A stretch of DNA of 56,073 bases from Catajapyx aquilonaris (taxonomy: Eukaryota): assembly GCA_000934665.2 (NCBI GenBank), contig JYFJ02002486.1, forward strand, positions 1 through 56,073. Reading direction: 5' to 3'. How positions within the stretch are numbered: position 1 is the stretch's first letter; each line of letters opens with the position of its first letter. The position numbers and the translations under genes were made by a program. Shown in pieces: positions 39,297-50,868 of this stretch. Under the pieces are notes generated by a model. The model was not told where the DNA came from and did no database searches. It saw only the letters and a list, made by a program, of their open reading frames with translations.

Positions 39297-42200
39297 ATGC
39301 GAGTCCCGAAGAGGTCTAAAGAGTATGGTGTTAGTTGTACAAAGGGTTTAGTGAAGCCCGCTGAAATTGTGTGTGAAAGTGTCAGTGAACAGGCCCTAAA
39401 GGGGCCACATCCAGAAGGCGAGGGTTTGAATAAGCCACAAGTAGTGCAGTGTGAGTACCAAAGTAGTGAAAGGGCAGTTAACTCCCAATATGGCTTCTTG
39501 CAACGGGCTAATTTACAATATAGAGTAGCAGCATGGAACGTAGCAGGTCTAAGCATAAACGAAGCTAAGAGCGAGTGCTACAAGTTTGAACCGGAACTGG
39601 AAGTTATAGGATTAATAGAAACATGGGATATGAAATGCAGTGAATTTTTGGAGAAGGGTGACTGGTGCTACTTTCAAGTGAGTGCTACAAAAGTAGCGAG
39701 AATGGGGCGACCAAAGGGAGGCTTGTCGTTAATGATAAAAAAACACTGGAAACCAAAGTTGTACTATTCAAACCTGATGTACATTTTTGTCGAATTGGTG
39801 GTACCGAGTTATCCTCAGCTGTTAGTAGGTCTGGTATATTTTTCACCTGCGGTCCAATTGGAGGACGAGTTACGGAAACTAGAAACCTTGATAATGAACT
39901 GGCAAGAGCAAAATTACGAAATAATCTTAATGGGTGATTTTAATGCTCGAGTTGGAGAAGAGAACCAAACAGCTTGTTTCGACATAGAAGAGGGACTACC
40001 TCTCCAAAACCATAGATGCTCAAAAGATAAGACATTGAATACAAAAGGGAGAAAGTTGTTGCACTTTCTAGAAATAAACTCTATGTACATGTTAAATGGG
40101 CTATCAAACTCAGACAGATTAGGGGAATTTACGTTTTGTTCGTCCCTGGCAAACTCGGTGATAGATTATGTGATAATAACACAAGGATTGTTAAGCAGAG
40201 TGTTAGACTTTAAGGTGTTGGAAATATTAGGGTCAGACCACTTCCCAGTAATGATAAATTTGGAGTCAGATATACCTAGAACGGAGAGCGTCCTGAGGAG
40301 GATGACAAATTGGAAAAAATTGGAGAGGGACAAGGCCACGTGGGAGAAGTCGGTCAACCAAATTGCAAGCTCCCTTCTGGCAAGTGACAAGTGTGTCCAG
40401 GAATTAGCGGTTGCATTGCCGACAAAATTAGGTCAAATGTTAAAAGATAAGAGGATCCTTATCTCAGTAGACGACGAACAAAAAAAGGTTGGCCAGAAGG
40501 GGAAACCATGGTTTGATGCTAGCTTGAAAAAAGCGAAAAAATTAGTGTTTAACCCTGTAATGCCCCTTGGGTCATATCTGGCACACCATTTAGAGCAATT
40601 TGGCACTTACAGGAAATATAAAAATGGCAAAAATTGCAAAAATTGCACTAAGGTGTGTGCCAAATATGACCCAGTGGGCATTACAGGGTTAAATCTCTAT
40701 GGGCCTGGAAAAACGATCAAACCGAACTCTTACGGCAAATTTATTGTAAGAATGCGGTCTTGTATAAAAAAGAATTACACGCCAAAAGACGATATTACAA
40801 TAGTAACACATTACAGGATTTATTAGCATCAAAAAATCCTTCGGACTTTTGGGCCATAGTTAAAGCGAACAAGCACCAAGTTAAAACTAGAGTATCGATA
40901 AATGAGGGGACATGGTTAGACTATTTGCAAGGGTGGCATCTGTCAAGGCCGCCAATCGTGTTACCGTTATCAAGAAACTTGTTTTCATTAAATAGGGTCG
41001 ACAGCCCAATTACGCTGAAAGAATTACAAGTTGCCTTAAAGAGATTAAAAAACAGGAAAGCAGGAGGTCCAGACAGGATCCCAAACGAACTGTATAAAAT
41101 TGACTCTTTAGATATACAGTTATTACTCGTTAGGATATTTAATGGGTTTTTGTCTACAGGGAAGTTACCTCCTACCTGGATCGAGATCTCGGTGACACCA
41201 ATATATAAGGCGGGACCGGCAGAAAGGCCAGAAAATTATCGTCCGATATCCCTATTGAACAATGTTCTCAAACTATTTTCCTCACTACTAGAGGCGAGGG
41301 TAAGGAATTGGGCCGAAGAAAACGAATTGTTATCTGAAAATCAAGCAGGTTTCAGGGGGGGAAGAGGGTGTGCGGACCACATCTTTGTTCTGTCACTATT
41401 GATCCAAAAATATACAGCTCCCAAAAGAGGAAAACTCTATGCTCTTTTTATAGATCTAGCAAAGGCGTTCGATTCAGTTGAACACAATAAGCTGTTCGAG
41501 AAATTAATGAGCATAGGATTTAGCCACAGTAGAGTAATTAAATGTCTGAAATTCATTTACTCCACGGCAAAAATAACGTCACAAGATGGGACAAGAAAAA
41601 TTCCTATAACACGAGGCGATCTTCAAGGTGAGCCGATGAGTCCCCTATTATTTAACCTCTATTTATCAGACTTGCCGCAGATCTTTGATAACAAAGGGAT
41701 TGTGGGTGTGAGATTTGATCAAAATGATCCCGAAATAACATTTCTCCAATTTGCAGACGATATTGTGGTTCTGGCAAGCAACCCGCTAGATATTAAGAAA
41801 AGTCTGATAGCTCTATCTGATTATTTTGATAAAAATGAGTTAGTCTTAAATGTATCTAAAACGAAAGTAGTAACATTTCGTAAAGGCGGTAGAAGTTCGT
41901 CAAAGGAAAACTTTTACTGGAACAATAAGAAATTAGAGATGGCGAGTGAGTACAAATACTTAGGGGTGCTATTTGCCGCATCCACTAGTTCAGCAAAGAC
42001 GTCGCAATACTTTGTGAACAAAGGATTTGCAGCGATAAATATGTTATGGCCAACTATGATTAATCTGAAAATAAGAAACTTAAAGACGGCCTTCAAACTG
42101 CTAGACTCAAAGATCATCCCGATGGTAATGTACGGGGCAAGTTTTTGGGCACTGGACTGGAAAAAGGAGATTGAACGAATCCAAACGTACTTTATTAAGA

Positions 42201-42941
42201 AATTTCTAAACCTTCCCCGAAATACAGCCGGCTATTTTGTTCGTCTAGACTCTAGAGACTGGAAGAAGGAACCTAACAGTAAACATTTTTAAACAATTAA
42301 TACAATTTTTGATGAAAACAATGTCACTACCAGATACGAGATGGGCAAAGGTTGCTTTGATTTGGGCGTTAAAAACCCCGATTAATCTAAAGTGGCAAAT
42401 GGGGGTAAAGGAAGTATTTAGGATGAGTGGCTTCGGCTGGCAAGAATGGGTAAGAGGTGGCGATTACTCAAATGTCCTAGCTTTGGTAAAAAATGTGGCA
42501 GCAGCCACACTTATCCAGGACATGGCAGACGTAGCAAAATCAACCCGATACAATTACTATCTTGACCTTGTCCCGGACTCAGGAATGGCTCAATATTTTT
42601 TGTACGGATTGCCCTTGCAACATATTCGGTTGGCAAGCAACCTGAGGAATCAATCACAGTCATTTTATATTAAAGGGTACAAATTTTCCACTCCTCATGA
42701 CGCACACTGTTCCTTGTGTAGTACTGACGAAACCTGGTCTATCCATCATTTATTGTACGAATGTAGATTTTTTGAAGCAGTGAGATCAGACAAATTGGAC
42801 AATGTAATAAGTATCCCAAGAGTGCCGCCGTATAAAATGCACACGTTGTTTGCTTCAATGCCAAAAAATGCCATTTATCAATTGTATTCATTTTTTTTGG
42901 CGGCAGGAGATTATCTAGAATTTTGTGACATAATCTTGTAA
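39297..42941 (+). pseudogene. LINE ORF2 (AP endonuclease, reverse transcriptase, C-terminal CCHC), broken by two insertions
   Basis: APE motifs WNVAGL, IETW, GDFNA and SDHFPV; RT motifs YRPISLL, QAGFR, FIDLAKAFDSV, QG..MSPLLF, FADD and YKYLG; CSLC..HH..YEC. Removing 140 bp at 40553-40692 and 7 bp at about 42244-42250 gives one ORF of about 1165 aa. Confidence 0.92.
40553..40688. mobile_element. piggyBac-type MITE inserted in LINE ORF2
   Basis: TTAA TSD (40549-40552, 40689-40692) and TIR ccctgtaatgccc...gggcattacaggg, with extended inverted subterminal sequence. Confidence 0.9.
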
Positions 42942-43025
42942 GTAAGGGCAGCATTAATGAGTGATTGTAAATGTGTATCAAGGGAAGTCTTCCCTCAAGT
43001 ACCCTAAGGGGTGAATGGGAATAAA

Positions 43026-43106
<81 letters not shown>

Positions 43107-43109
<3 letters not shown>

Positions 43110-43470
43110 AGCTTAAATGTTTTGAAATAACTGTGATTCCATGGCATGAAGGGTCTTCATGAACCCACAGAAATTTCCAGAGTCAACATTTGTTCTGGAC
43201 CGTGATATTAATCCTAATGCATCCAAAGCCATTCTTCTGGTTCCCAAACTCCCGGAAATGATAAGTTCACACTCCTGGCTCATTTTTATATGTCACAGAA
43301 TAGCTTAAATGTTTTGAAATAACTGTGATCGCATGCCATGAAGGGTCTTCATGAACCCGCAGAAATTTCCATAGACAACATTTGTTCTGGACCGTGATAT
43401 TAATCCTATTGCATGCATAGGGTCATTCTTCTGGCTCCCGAACTCTTGGAAATAATATTCACTCTCCTGA
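43107..43470. repeat. Tandem repeat of about 190 bp inside the TIR host element
   Basis: aatagcttaaatgttttgaaataactgtgat...catttgttctggaccgtgatattaatccta... occurs twice. A further partial unit lies left of the LINE at about 38280-38364. Confidence 0.85.
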
Positions 43471-44031
43471 CATTAGAATATCAGAGTTAGTTCTCCATAT
43501 TTTTCCCTGATTTGTGACCTCATATAGAGTAAGTGAGAATTTTTCCAGATTTTTAAAACAAGTTTTGAAATTCATTAATTCTTGCTTTGAAAATGGTAAG
43601 TTTTTGGAGAATCACCCATATACTTAAACACACTACTGCCTTGTCTCCGCTACACAACCTCGGACTTAAACCTCTCAGATCGGAAAATTATTTACGTATA
43701 CATTAGATTGGAGTAATGTCACTTTTTTGTATCTTGTCAAGTGTACAGTACATTACAAACACAATTTTGCAATTCCCTAGTCCCTATTCATCCTGTTTTT
43801 CGGTAGATTTATCTGAAAAATGCAACTTTCTTCGTATTATTAGGCTACTCCAGCATGTAACACTTATAATAATAATAATAATAATCATCATCATCATCAA
43901 CAACATCATGACATTTCCCTATGAGGGGTAGTCAGCGATGAAGGGAGACGCAAGCTAACCCAACATATGAACTAAATTAAACCTTGTGAAAATAAACCTA
44001 TAAACAACCCATCCCACACCCCACCCCTGCC

Positions 44032-45195
44032 CATCTCACAAAGGAAATGTAAGTGTTGTCAATGGTGTTTCTGAATCAAACTTGGCACAATGATATAGGC
44101 AGGTAAGTTATTAAAGAAAATGCAAAAAAATTGGGGGATGCCCACAAGGTCAAAAGTTATGACCTTTTGAACTCACAAGGGACACTTTCCAATTTCCGCC
44201 GATTTCTTGCCGATTTTCTTGAAATTCGGTACATTGGTAGGCCACCCCGAGGGATGAAAAACGCACATAAAGTGACCTGCTCCCGGTTGGGGACAGAGGT
44301 CAACTCTGAAATCCCGAAAACTCACCGATTTTCTTGAAATTCAGTGCATTGGTAGCCCCCAAAAAGGGGTCACCGAGTCATTTTGAGCAGGTCACTTTAG
44401 ACGCGTTTTTCATCCCATATGGACGAAGTTTCATATCAAGTTTCAGATGTCGCACTCAAAAACGCAGACATTTTACTGCATCACTGGAAAGAGATAATTA
44501 CTCTGATTACAATGAGCTATATTGCTAGATCGCAGCCATATTTGAAAAAGTCGCTTCTGAATTTGTTCGAAAAAAAAATACATTTTTTTTTCTCAAATTA
44601 CGTGCCCGATTGACATCAAATCCAGCTTGTAGCTCTTGAAAAATTCAGAAGATCAAGTTCACTCATTTGTCATAAGCCAGAAGCATAAACCACCTGCAGA
44701 TGAAATGAAGCGTCATACATTAGCACCTACAACAGTTTGTAACAATGTGTTCCAATCATGTCCGTACAACGATCACATCTTACGTATAATATGACAGTGC
44801 GGGATAGTACTGTACAGTATAAAGAGAGCGAGAAAGGCAGGGAAAATGTTTTTAAATATATATTTTTGTCGGCTCGGTAGAAGGCCATTGGCCGATTGCA
44901 TATAAAATTTTTTTAGTCGTAATCGTTGTAATATTGAAGATGTTCGAAAAGGAAAACCGAAAATGTTCAAAACTACTCCAGTTATACTTATATATGTGAC
45001 TCTGGGTACAAAATGTCATGCAAAAAGTCGCCAAGTCACCAGAGTAAGATTTGTAAAAACCGTCGATTAGTCTTCGACTGCGATTAGTCAATTTCCTTAC
45101 GGCCTCACGATTACGACTAAAATTTTTGTATATGCAATGGGCCCATGGCCTTCTACCGAGCCGACAAAAATATATATTTAAAACCATTTTCCCTG

Positions 45196-45237
<42 letters not shown>

Positions 45238-46056
45238 GTACAGTACTATCCCGCACTGTCATATTATACGTAAGATGTGATCGTTGTACGGACATGTGAT
45301 TGGAACACATTGTTACAAACTGTTGTAGGTGCTAATGTATGATGCTTCATTTCTTCTGCAGGTGGTTTATGCTTCCGGCTTACGACAAATGAGGGAACTT
45401 GATCTCCTGAATTTTCCAAGAGCTATAAGCTGGATTTGACGCCAATCGGACACGTAATTTGAGAAAAAATAATATTTTCTGTATTTTTTTTCGAACAAAT
45501 TCAGAAGTGACTTTTTCAAATATGGCTGTGATCTAGCAATATAGCTCATTGTAATCAAAGTAATTATCCCTTTCCAGTGATGCAATAAAATGTCTGCGTT
45601 TTTGAGTGCGACATCTGAAACTTGATATGAAACTTCGCCCATATGGGATGAAAAACGTATCTAAAGTGACCTGCTCAAAATGACCCGGTGAGGCGGTGAC
45701 CCCTTTTTGGGGGCTACCAATGCACTGAATTTCAAGAAAATCGGTGAGTTTTCGGCATTTAAGAGTTGACCTCTGCCCCCCCCCCCCCAAAAGACGGGTC
45801 AACCAGGTCATTATGAGCAGGTCACTTTATGTGCGTTTTTCATCCCTCGGGGTGGCCTACCAATGTACCGAATTTCAAGAAAATCGGCGAGACCTTGGAA
45901 AGTGTCCCTTGTGAGTTCAAGAGGTCATAACTTTTGACCTGGTGGGCATCCGCCAATTTTTTTGGCATTTTCTTTAATAACTTACCTGCCTGTATCATTG
46001 TGCCAAGTTTGATTCAGAAACGCCATTGACAATACTTACACTTCCCTTGTCAGATG
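44032..46056. mobile_element. Foldback element of about 2 kb with inverted arms of about 900 bp
   Basis: Arms 44032-~44915 and ~45110-46056 are reverse complements with scattered mismatches and indels, around a spacer of about 200 bp. It has no coding capacity and no clear TSD. Confidence 0.85.
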
Positions 46057-46261
46057 ACAGACACTGAATATTAAATTTAAATATTACACTATGCAATACG
46101 GTACTTCACCAAATCAAGCCCCCTCGCCACCAGCCACTACTCCGGACGCCCTGGTCATGCCGATGTGTATGGCATCACCCTTGCACCTCATCGACCCCGC
46201 CAAGGGCGTCCCCTCTACTCGCCGGAGCGAAGGAAGCCTTATCCTCAAACCTATTTACCCA

Positions 46262-46270
46262 TTAATAATC

Positions 46271-46325
<55 letters not shown>

Positions 46326-46700
46326 CAACAAAAACAACAACAACAACAACAACAATAATAATAATAATAATAATAATAATTGGGTGATAGGCGTACCCCT
46401 AGGGGTTTTCAGCCAGACCTTTATTTTAACGTTGGTACAACTTTGGGAATCCTATTATTGAAGCGCCCGGGCCCACGGGAGGATGGCAGGAGGGGATGTG
46501 CAAGTGCAGTGCCTTGCCTGAAATGTGGTCGTTTTGTGAGCTCCCCCAGGTGGATTAGTCTGAGGAAATTCCACCCGAGACGAAGTCAGACGACTCATGA
46601 ACTCTGCACGAGATGAAGGGGGTGTCCCGGGGGTGGGATCGAACCCGGGACCTTAACATCCGTGGGCACATACTTTACCACAGCACCACTCCGCCTCCCC
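46262..46700 (-). mobile_element. tRNA-derived SINE (family 2) with an (att/gtt)n tail
   Basis: The minus-strand head ggggaggcggagtggtgctgtggtaaag...ggttcgatccc and a body homologous to the 16928 copy; microsatellite tail at 46262-46380. Confidence 0.8.
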
Positions 46701-47016
46701 TGCATGTAACACTTATACGTATTAGCCAAAGAGCCAATGGCCATCCAGCAATCATCTTGTAGTTATAATGTGGTAAAATAACAATGAGATAAGTAACTAA
46801 TGATGCTGTTCTCTACAGGTGAAGGTGTCCCTCATGAGGCTGTCACCTCATGGGGATCGCCTGACACGAGTCAACGCCACATCCGAGGACGATTGGAATG
46901 GTAAGACTCTATGAAATATTGTAATTAATCCATTACCCTAGCAACAGCATAATTAATAGAGAGCGAATCATATACCGTTCACCTTTATTGGGGACATGAA
47001 AATTTCTTTGCATATA

Positions 47017-48034
47017 CAGGGTGGACGGAAAGTTTCGGACCCCCCCCTCCAANTTCGGCCCCCCCCAGGTTTTTTAACCCTACTTTTCGCAGCGTCTTTT
47101 CGCATCTTTTAAAAGTCCACAAGCAGTTCTAATGTACTCTATCTTTTGAAGCATAATCTTGAGAAAATCTGAGCACCTTCTCTCTCGCAATTCCATTAAT
47201 AACTTCGCCTCTGTGACTCATCTAAGCATCCTATCTGTTTTGCTTTTATTTTGCTTGTTGCCTTGGAGGTCATATTCTGCGTCAGATAAGGTTTTTATGA
47301 CCCTTTTCCATGAGTTCCCCTTCATGCAAATGTTGTGAACTCACTCCTGACCTAATTTTTCGCATTGGTCCATAACCTGGTCCAATAAAAATTTGAAAAG
47401 GAATGCATGAAATGGCGGACCCGGATGCATTACTTTCGAATTCTCACATTGGTACCATCACATGTGTCTCCATTTTTACTTTCAAATAATTTTTTGGTGC
47501 GAAAGGACGTGAACGAAAGGATGTGTCATGTTGATTAATTTACCAAGGTAGGACTGTTTACTGTCCTTTCGCACCAAAAAATTATTTTAAAGTAAAAATG
47601 GAGACAAATGTGACGGTACCAATTCGAAAGTAATGCATCCGGGTCCACCATTTCATGCATTCCTTTTCAAATTTTTATTGGACCAGGTTATGGACCAATG
47701 CGAAAAATAAGGTCAGGAGTGAGTTCGCAACATTTGCATGAAGGGGAACTCATGGAAAAGGGTCATAAAAACCTTATCTGACGCAGAATATGACCAGGGG
47801 TCCTCCAAGGCAACAAGCAAAATAAACGCAAAACAGATAGGATGTTTAGATGCGTCACAGAGGCGAAGTTATTAATGGAATTGCGAGAGCGAAGGTGCTC
47901 ATATGTTCTCAAGATTATGCTTCGAAAGATAGTGTACATTAGAACTGCTTGTGGACTTTTAAAAGATGTGAAAAGACGCTGTGGAAAGTAGGGTTAAAAA
48001 ACCTGGGGGGGTCCGAAACTTTCCGTCCACCCTG
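47017..48034. mobile_element. Tc1/mariner-type palindromic element of about 1 kb
   Basis: TA flanks and cagggtggacggaaagtttcggac / gtccgaaactttccgtccaccctg termini. The arms are about 490 bp around a short centre at about 47510-47560. Confidence 0.88.
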
Positions 48035-48997
48035 TAGTTGGTATGCCATATGGCAGGTGGCAGTTACAAGTACATTCACCTCTTCAAAAGAAAAACTTGG
48101 GCGTACGTAACATAATAATGTGTAAAATTTATTTCCGATGAATCTCATTTTACACAAAATTTGGCACAAAATTTAGGCTATTCCATGTCTAAACTGGATA
48201 ACTACTTTTGAAATGAACTTAAATGATCATTAAAGTTGGCGCACATTGTACAGTTATATTTTAATCCTTGCAGAGTACATGGCATCCAAAACTGCGCCAG
48301 CCGCAACAACTCCGGCAGCACTGATCCGCAGCATTACTGCTAGGCAAGCCTTTTGCCAGGTTGTAGGGCCAGCGACTGCTCAGGTATGGAAACAACTTAA
48401 TAAGGTTATAAGTTCTATATTTGCATGAGAACAAATTGACCAGGGATGCAATTATAGCGTACACAATTAAAATGTGGCTGTTCCATAACACAACATGTAC
48501 AGTACCGTCATTTTTAAAAATAATATGAAAACAGCCTATAAGACGAAATATTTTGCATGACTTCTTTCTGGTACCAGTACCTGATTATTATTATTATTAA
48601 TGCATGATATGCGACTTTTTAAAAAGGCAACATTATTTTTCATATGGATGATGCATAGCAAACTGCTGTGAAGATGGATCTACATATTCTTACATTTTAT
48701 TTTCATTTTTAAAATAAATGAACCTGTTTGATGAATGGAAGTGTTGGCGCCCAGTCATGGTTTTACATAAATTCATGCATGGGTATACAGTACTAGAAAA
48801 TACGAAACATGATTGATATAGGGCAAGCTCAAAGAACATGGTTAATATGTAATGTCTGATGTGCATAATGTTATGATTTCTAAGTCATTCAACGAGACAC
48901 CCTTTCAGTAGCCTACACACTGTTATTTATTTACATTACATTTTTGCAGATGGAACACGACGCGGCATCTGTGGGAGACCAACACCATGGCCAGGCC

Positions 48998-49933
48998 TGT
49001 CACGAGGTCAGATTCAAGAGGCCCCAAAAGCAGAGAGTGACGTACTAAGGTGCACATTTAAAGAGAAAATTTATTCTCAATATAAACAACTGTTCAGGAA
49101 AAGAAAGGACCAAGTCCGCATAAATTAAAGGTTCACAATAAATTGGGATGTGGAGAATGGACGGCTAGGAAGGTCAGATTAACAACCATAACAATCCTGA
49201 ACAAAATATCCAAATCATGTTTACAACCAGAGTCATAACCAACACACTTGGCACTCATGGAAATAACACTCCACACTCACTTTCACTTTCCACGCCCGCT
49301 TCACGCCCCACTGGCACGGAGCAACAAGGAAGCGCAGGCCCAAAAAAAAGGTATGCACGGGCGCAATTAAACCACACGCACCGTAACACACATACGTTCA
49401 ATAGAAGATCCAGGTCTGGAATTCCTGAGTCGAGCAATCACTCCGGTGAGACGACAACTCCTAGTTGGCGTCTAAGAAGTCCAGAGTACAACTTCACCAG
49501 TGTTGTTGAACACAGGCCTATACCGCCTACTTCACCACTGTCGTTGAACACAGGCATCTACAGCCTACAGTGTCAAACAGTGCGACACGTCCCCAATAAA
49601 AAGGGGAAGGGAGGGAAGGCAAAGGAAACGACCGTGTACAATTTTACCACGGCCTCCGAACCTTCAAACAACTGGCAAGTAACGGGAACCCACCCGTACC
49701 ACAGCAACTCCCCAAAATTACGTACAAGTACCCTACTCGTACAACCCAAAGGGGGGGGCAAAATAGCAAGTCACCCAGCGTACACAGAGCATACCAGCTC
49801 CGCTGAGGAGACGCCACACACTGACCACGCAGGGCCAGAAAAACTCTTCAAGAAAAAAAATCCTAGCGACTAAGCAATTCCATTTTACAAGCCGAGTCCG
49901 TGAGACAGGCCAGTCCAAAAGTCACACGTGACA
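48998..49933. mobile_element. Solo LTR (Gypsy- or BEL-type)
   Basis: Termini tgtcacg...cgtgaca and a 5-bp TSD aggcc (48993-48997, 49934-49938). A minus-strand aataaa near 49070 suggests reverse orientation. Confidence 0.8.
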
Positions 49934-50868
49934 AGGCCCAAGAAGGATACCTGTATGATCAAAATTAATAATAGTTATGCAGTGCTTTACATTGTTATGT
50001 GCACTCCGTCGCACCTGCTATTCTCAGCTTGTGCTCACTGTACATTATCTGTAAGTTGTTCTGCTTTTTCTTACAGTGAGTACATTGGCATAAATGATGC
50101 AGATATTGCTGCCTCGAGCAGTAAGGATGACGATGCCCGAAGTCCACATGTGATCCACACACGTAAGTCATGCAGCTTGCAATGATACCTCCCCCACAAC
50201 TACCTGCTCTCATCTTTGCAGATGAAACTGCATCCACATCTGGTGCTGGAGAATTGGCGTACGAGAACTTACAGATATTGCTGTCAGCTCATGCAGGTTC
50301 CCAAGTTGACACGAACAACACGCACTATCTAGACGCCAAACGAACTGCCATTTGGCAAAATGGTCTTTGTTTTTATAAAAGGTGCAAACTAGACCATTCT
50401 CATGAAGGTGTTGAGTGTCCACTTCCAGGACGAGGAGGGAGTGGATGCTGGGGCCATAAGAAAGGAACTTTTTCCCCCTTTTTTGGAAGAGGGCAAGAAG
50501 CATGTTTTGAGGGCGACTTAAAACTTGTCCCGAGAGCGGATGCAACAGGCGACCCGACCTTGTATGAGATAATTGGCATGGCCATAGCGCATTCCATTGT
50601 GCATGGTTGTCCTTCATTATCTGGTCTTGCCCCATACATCTTTGGTGTAGCCATCGGGATGACTGAGGATTCACTACGCAATTTTGACAACGCTATTGGC
50701 CACAGTTGAATGATGTACCTGGTCATGCAGCTACTATGGATACCATGCAGCTGTTGACAGAGGTGTGCATGTCTGCCGTCATTATATTCATGAGCTTTTA
50801 ATGTTTCATCATTTAAATTTTCATTCAAAGAAGCATCTTGGTGATTTCTGTGATACAAGTGGCCATTA

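Larger units (their letters stand above)
38365..43105 (+). mobile_element. Full-length non-LTR retrotransposon (LINE) with ORF1 and APE-RT ORF2
   Basis: A 16-bp TSD taatagcttaaatgtt (38349-38364, 43106-43121), a short 5' UTR, two ORFs, and aataaa followed by an (att)n tail at about 43026-43105. Confidence 0.95.
37921..43617. mobile_element. Non-autonomous TIR DNA transposon (about 0.95 kb without its insert) hosting the LINE
   Basis: TIR gggtgattctccaaaaacttacca / tggtaagtttttggagaatcaccc, flanked by atat on both sides, with internal tandem repeats of about 190 bp. Confidence 0.8.

Noticed and set aside
40553..40826. Programmed frameshifting between the ORF2 fragments
   Set aside because: Both frame breaks are fully explained by discrete insertions of 140 bp and 7 bp.
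46091..46461. Poly-Ile and poly-Asn ORFs
   Set aside because: They are translations of the (AAT/AAC)n retroposon tail.
49217..49873. 218-aa ORF
   Set aside because: It lies wholly inside the solo LTR, is low-complexity (Thr/Ser/Pro/His) and has no recognisable domain.
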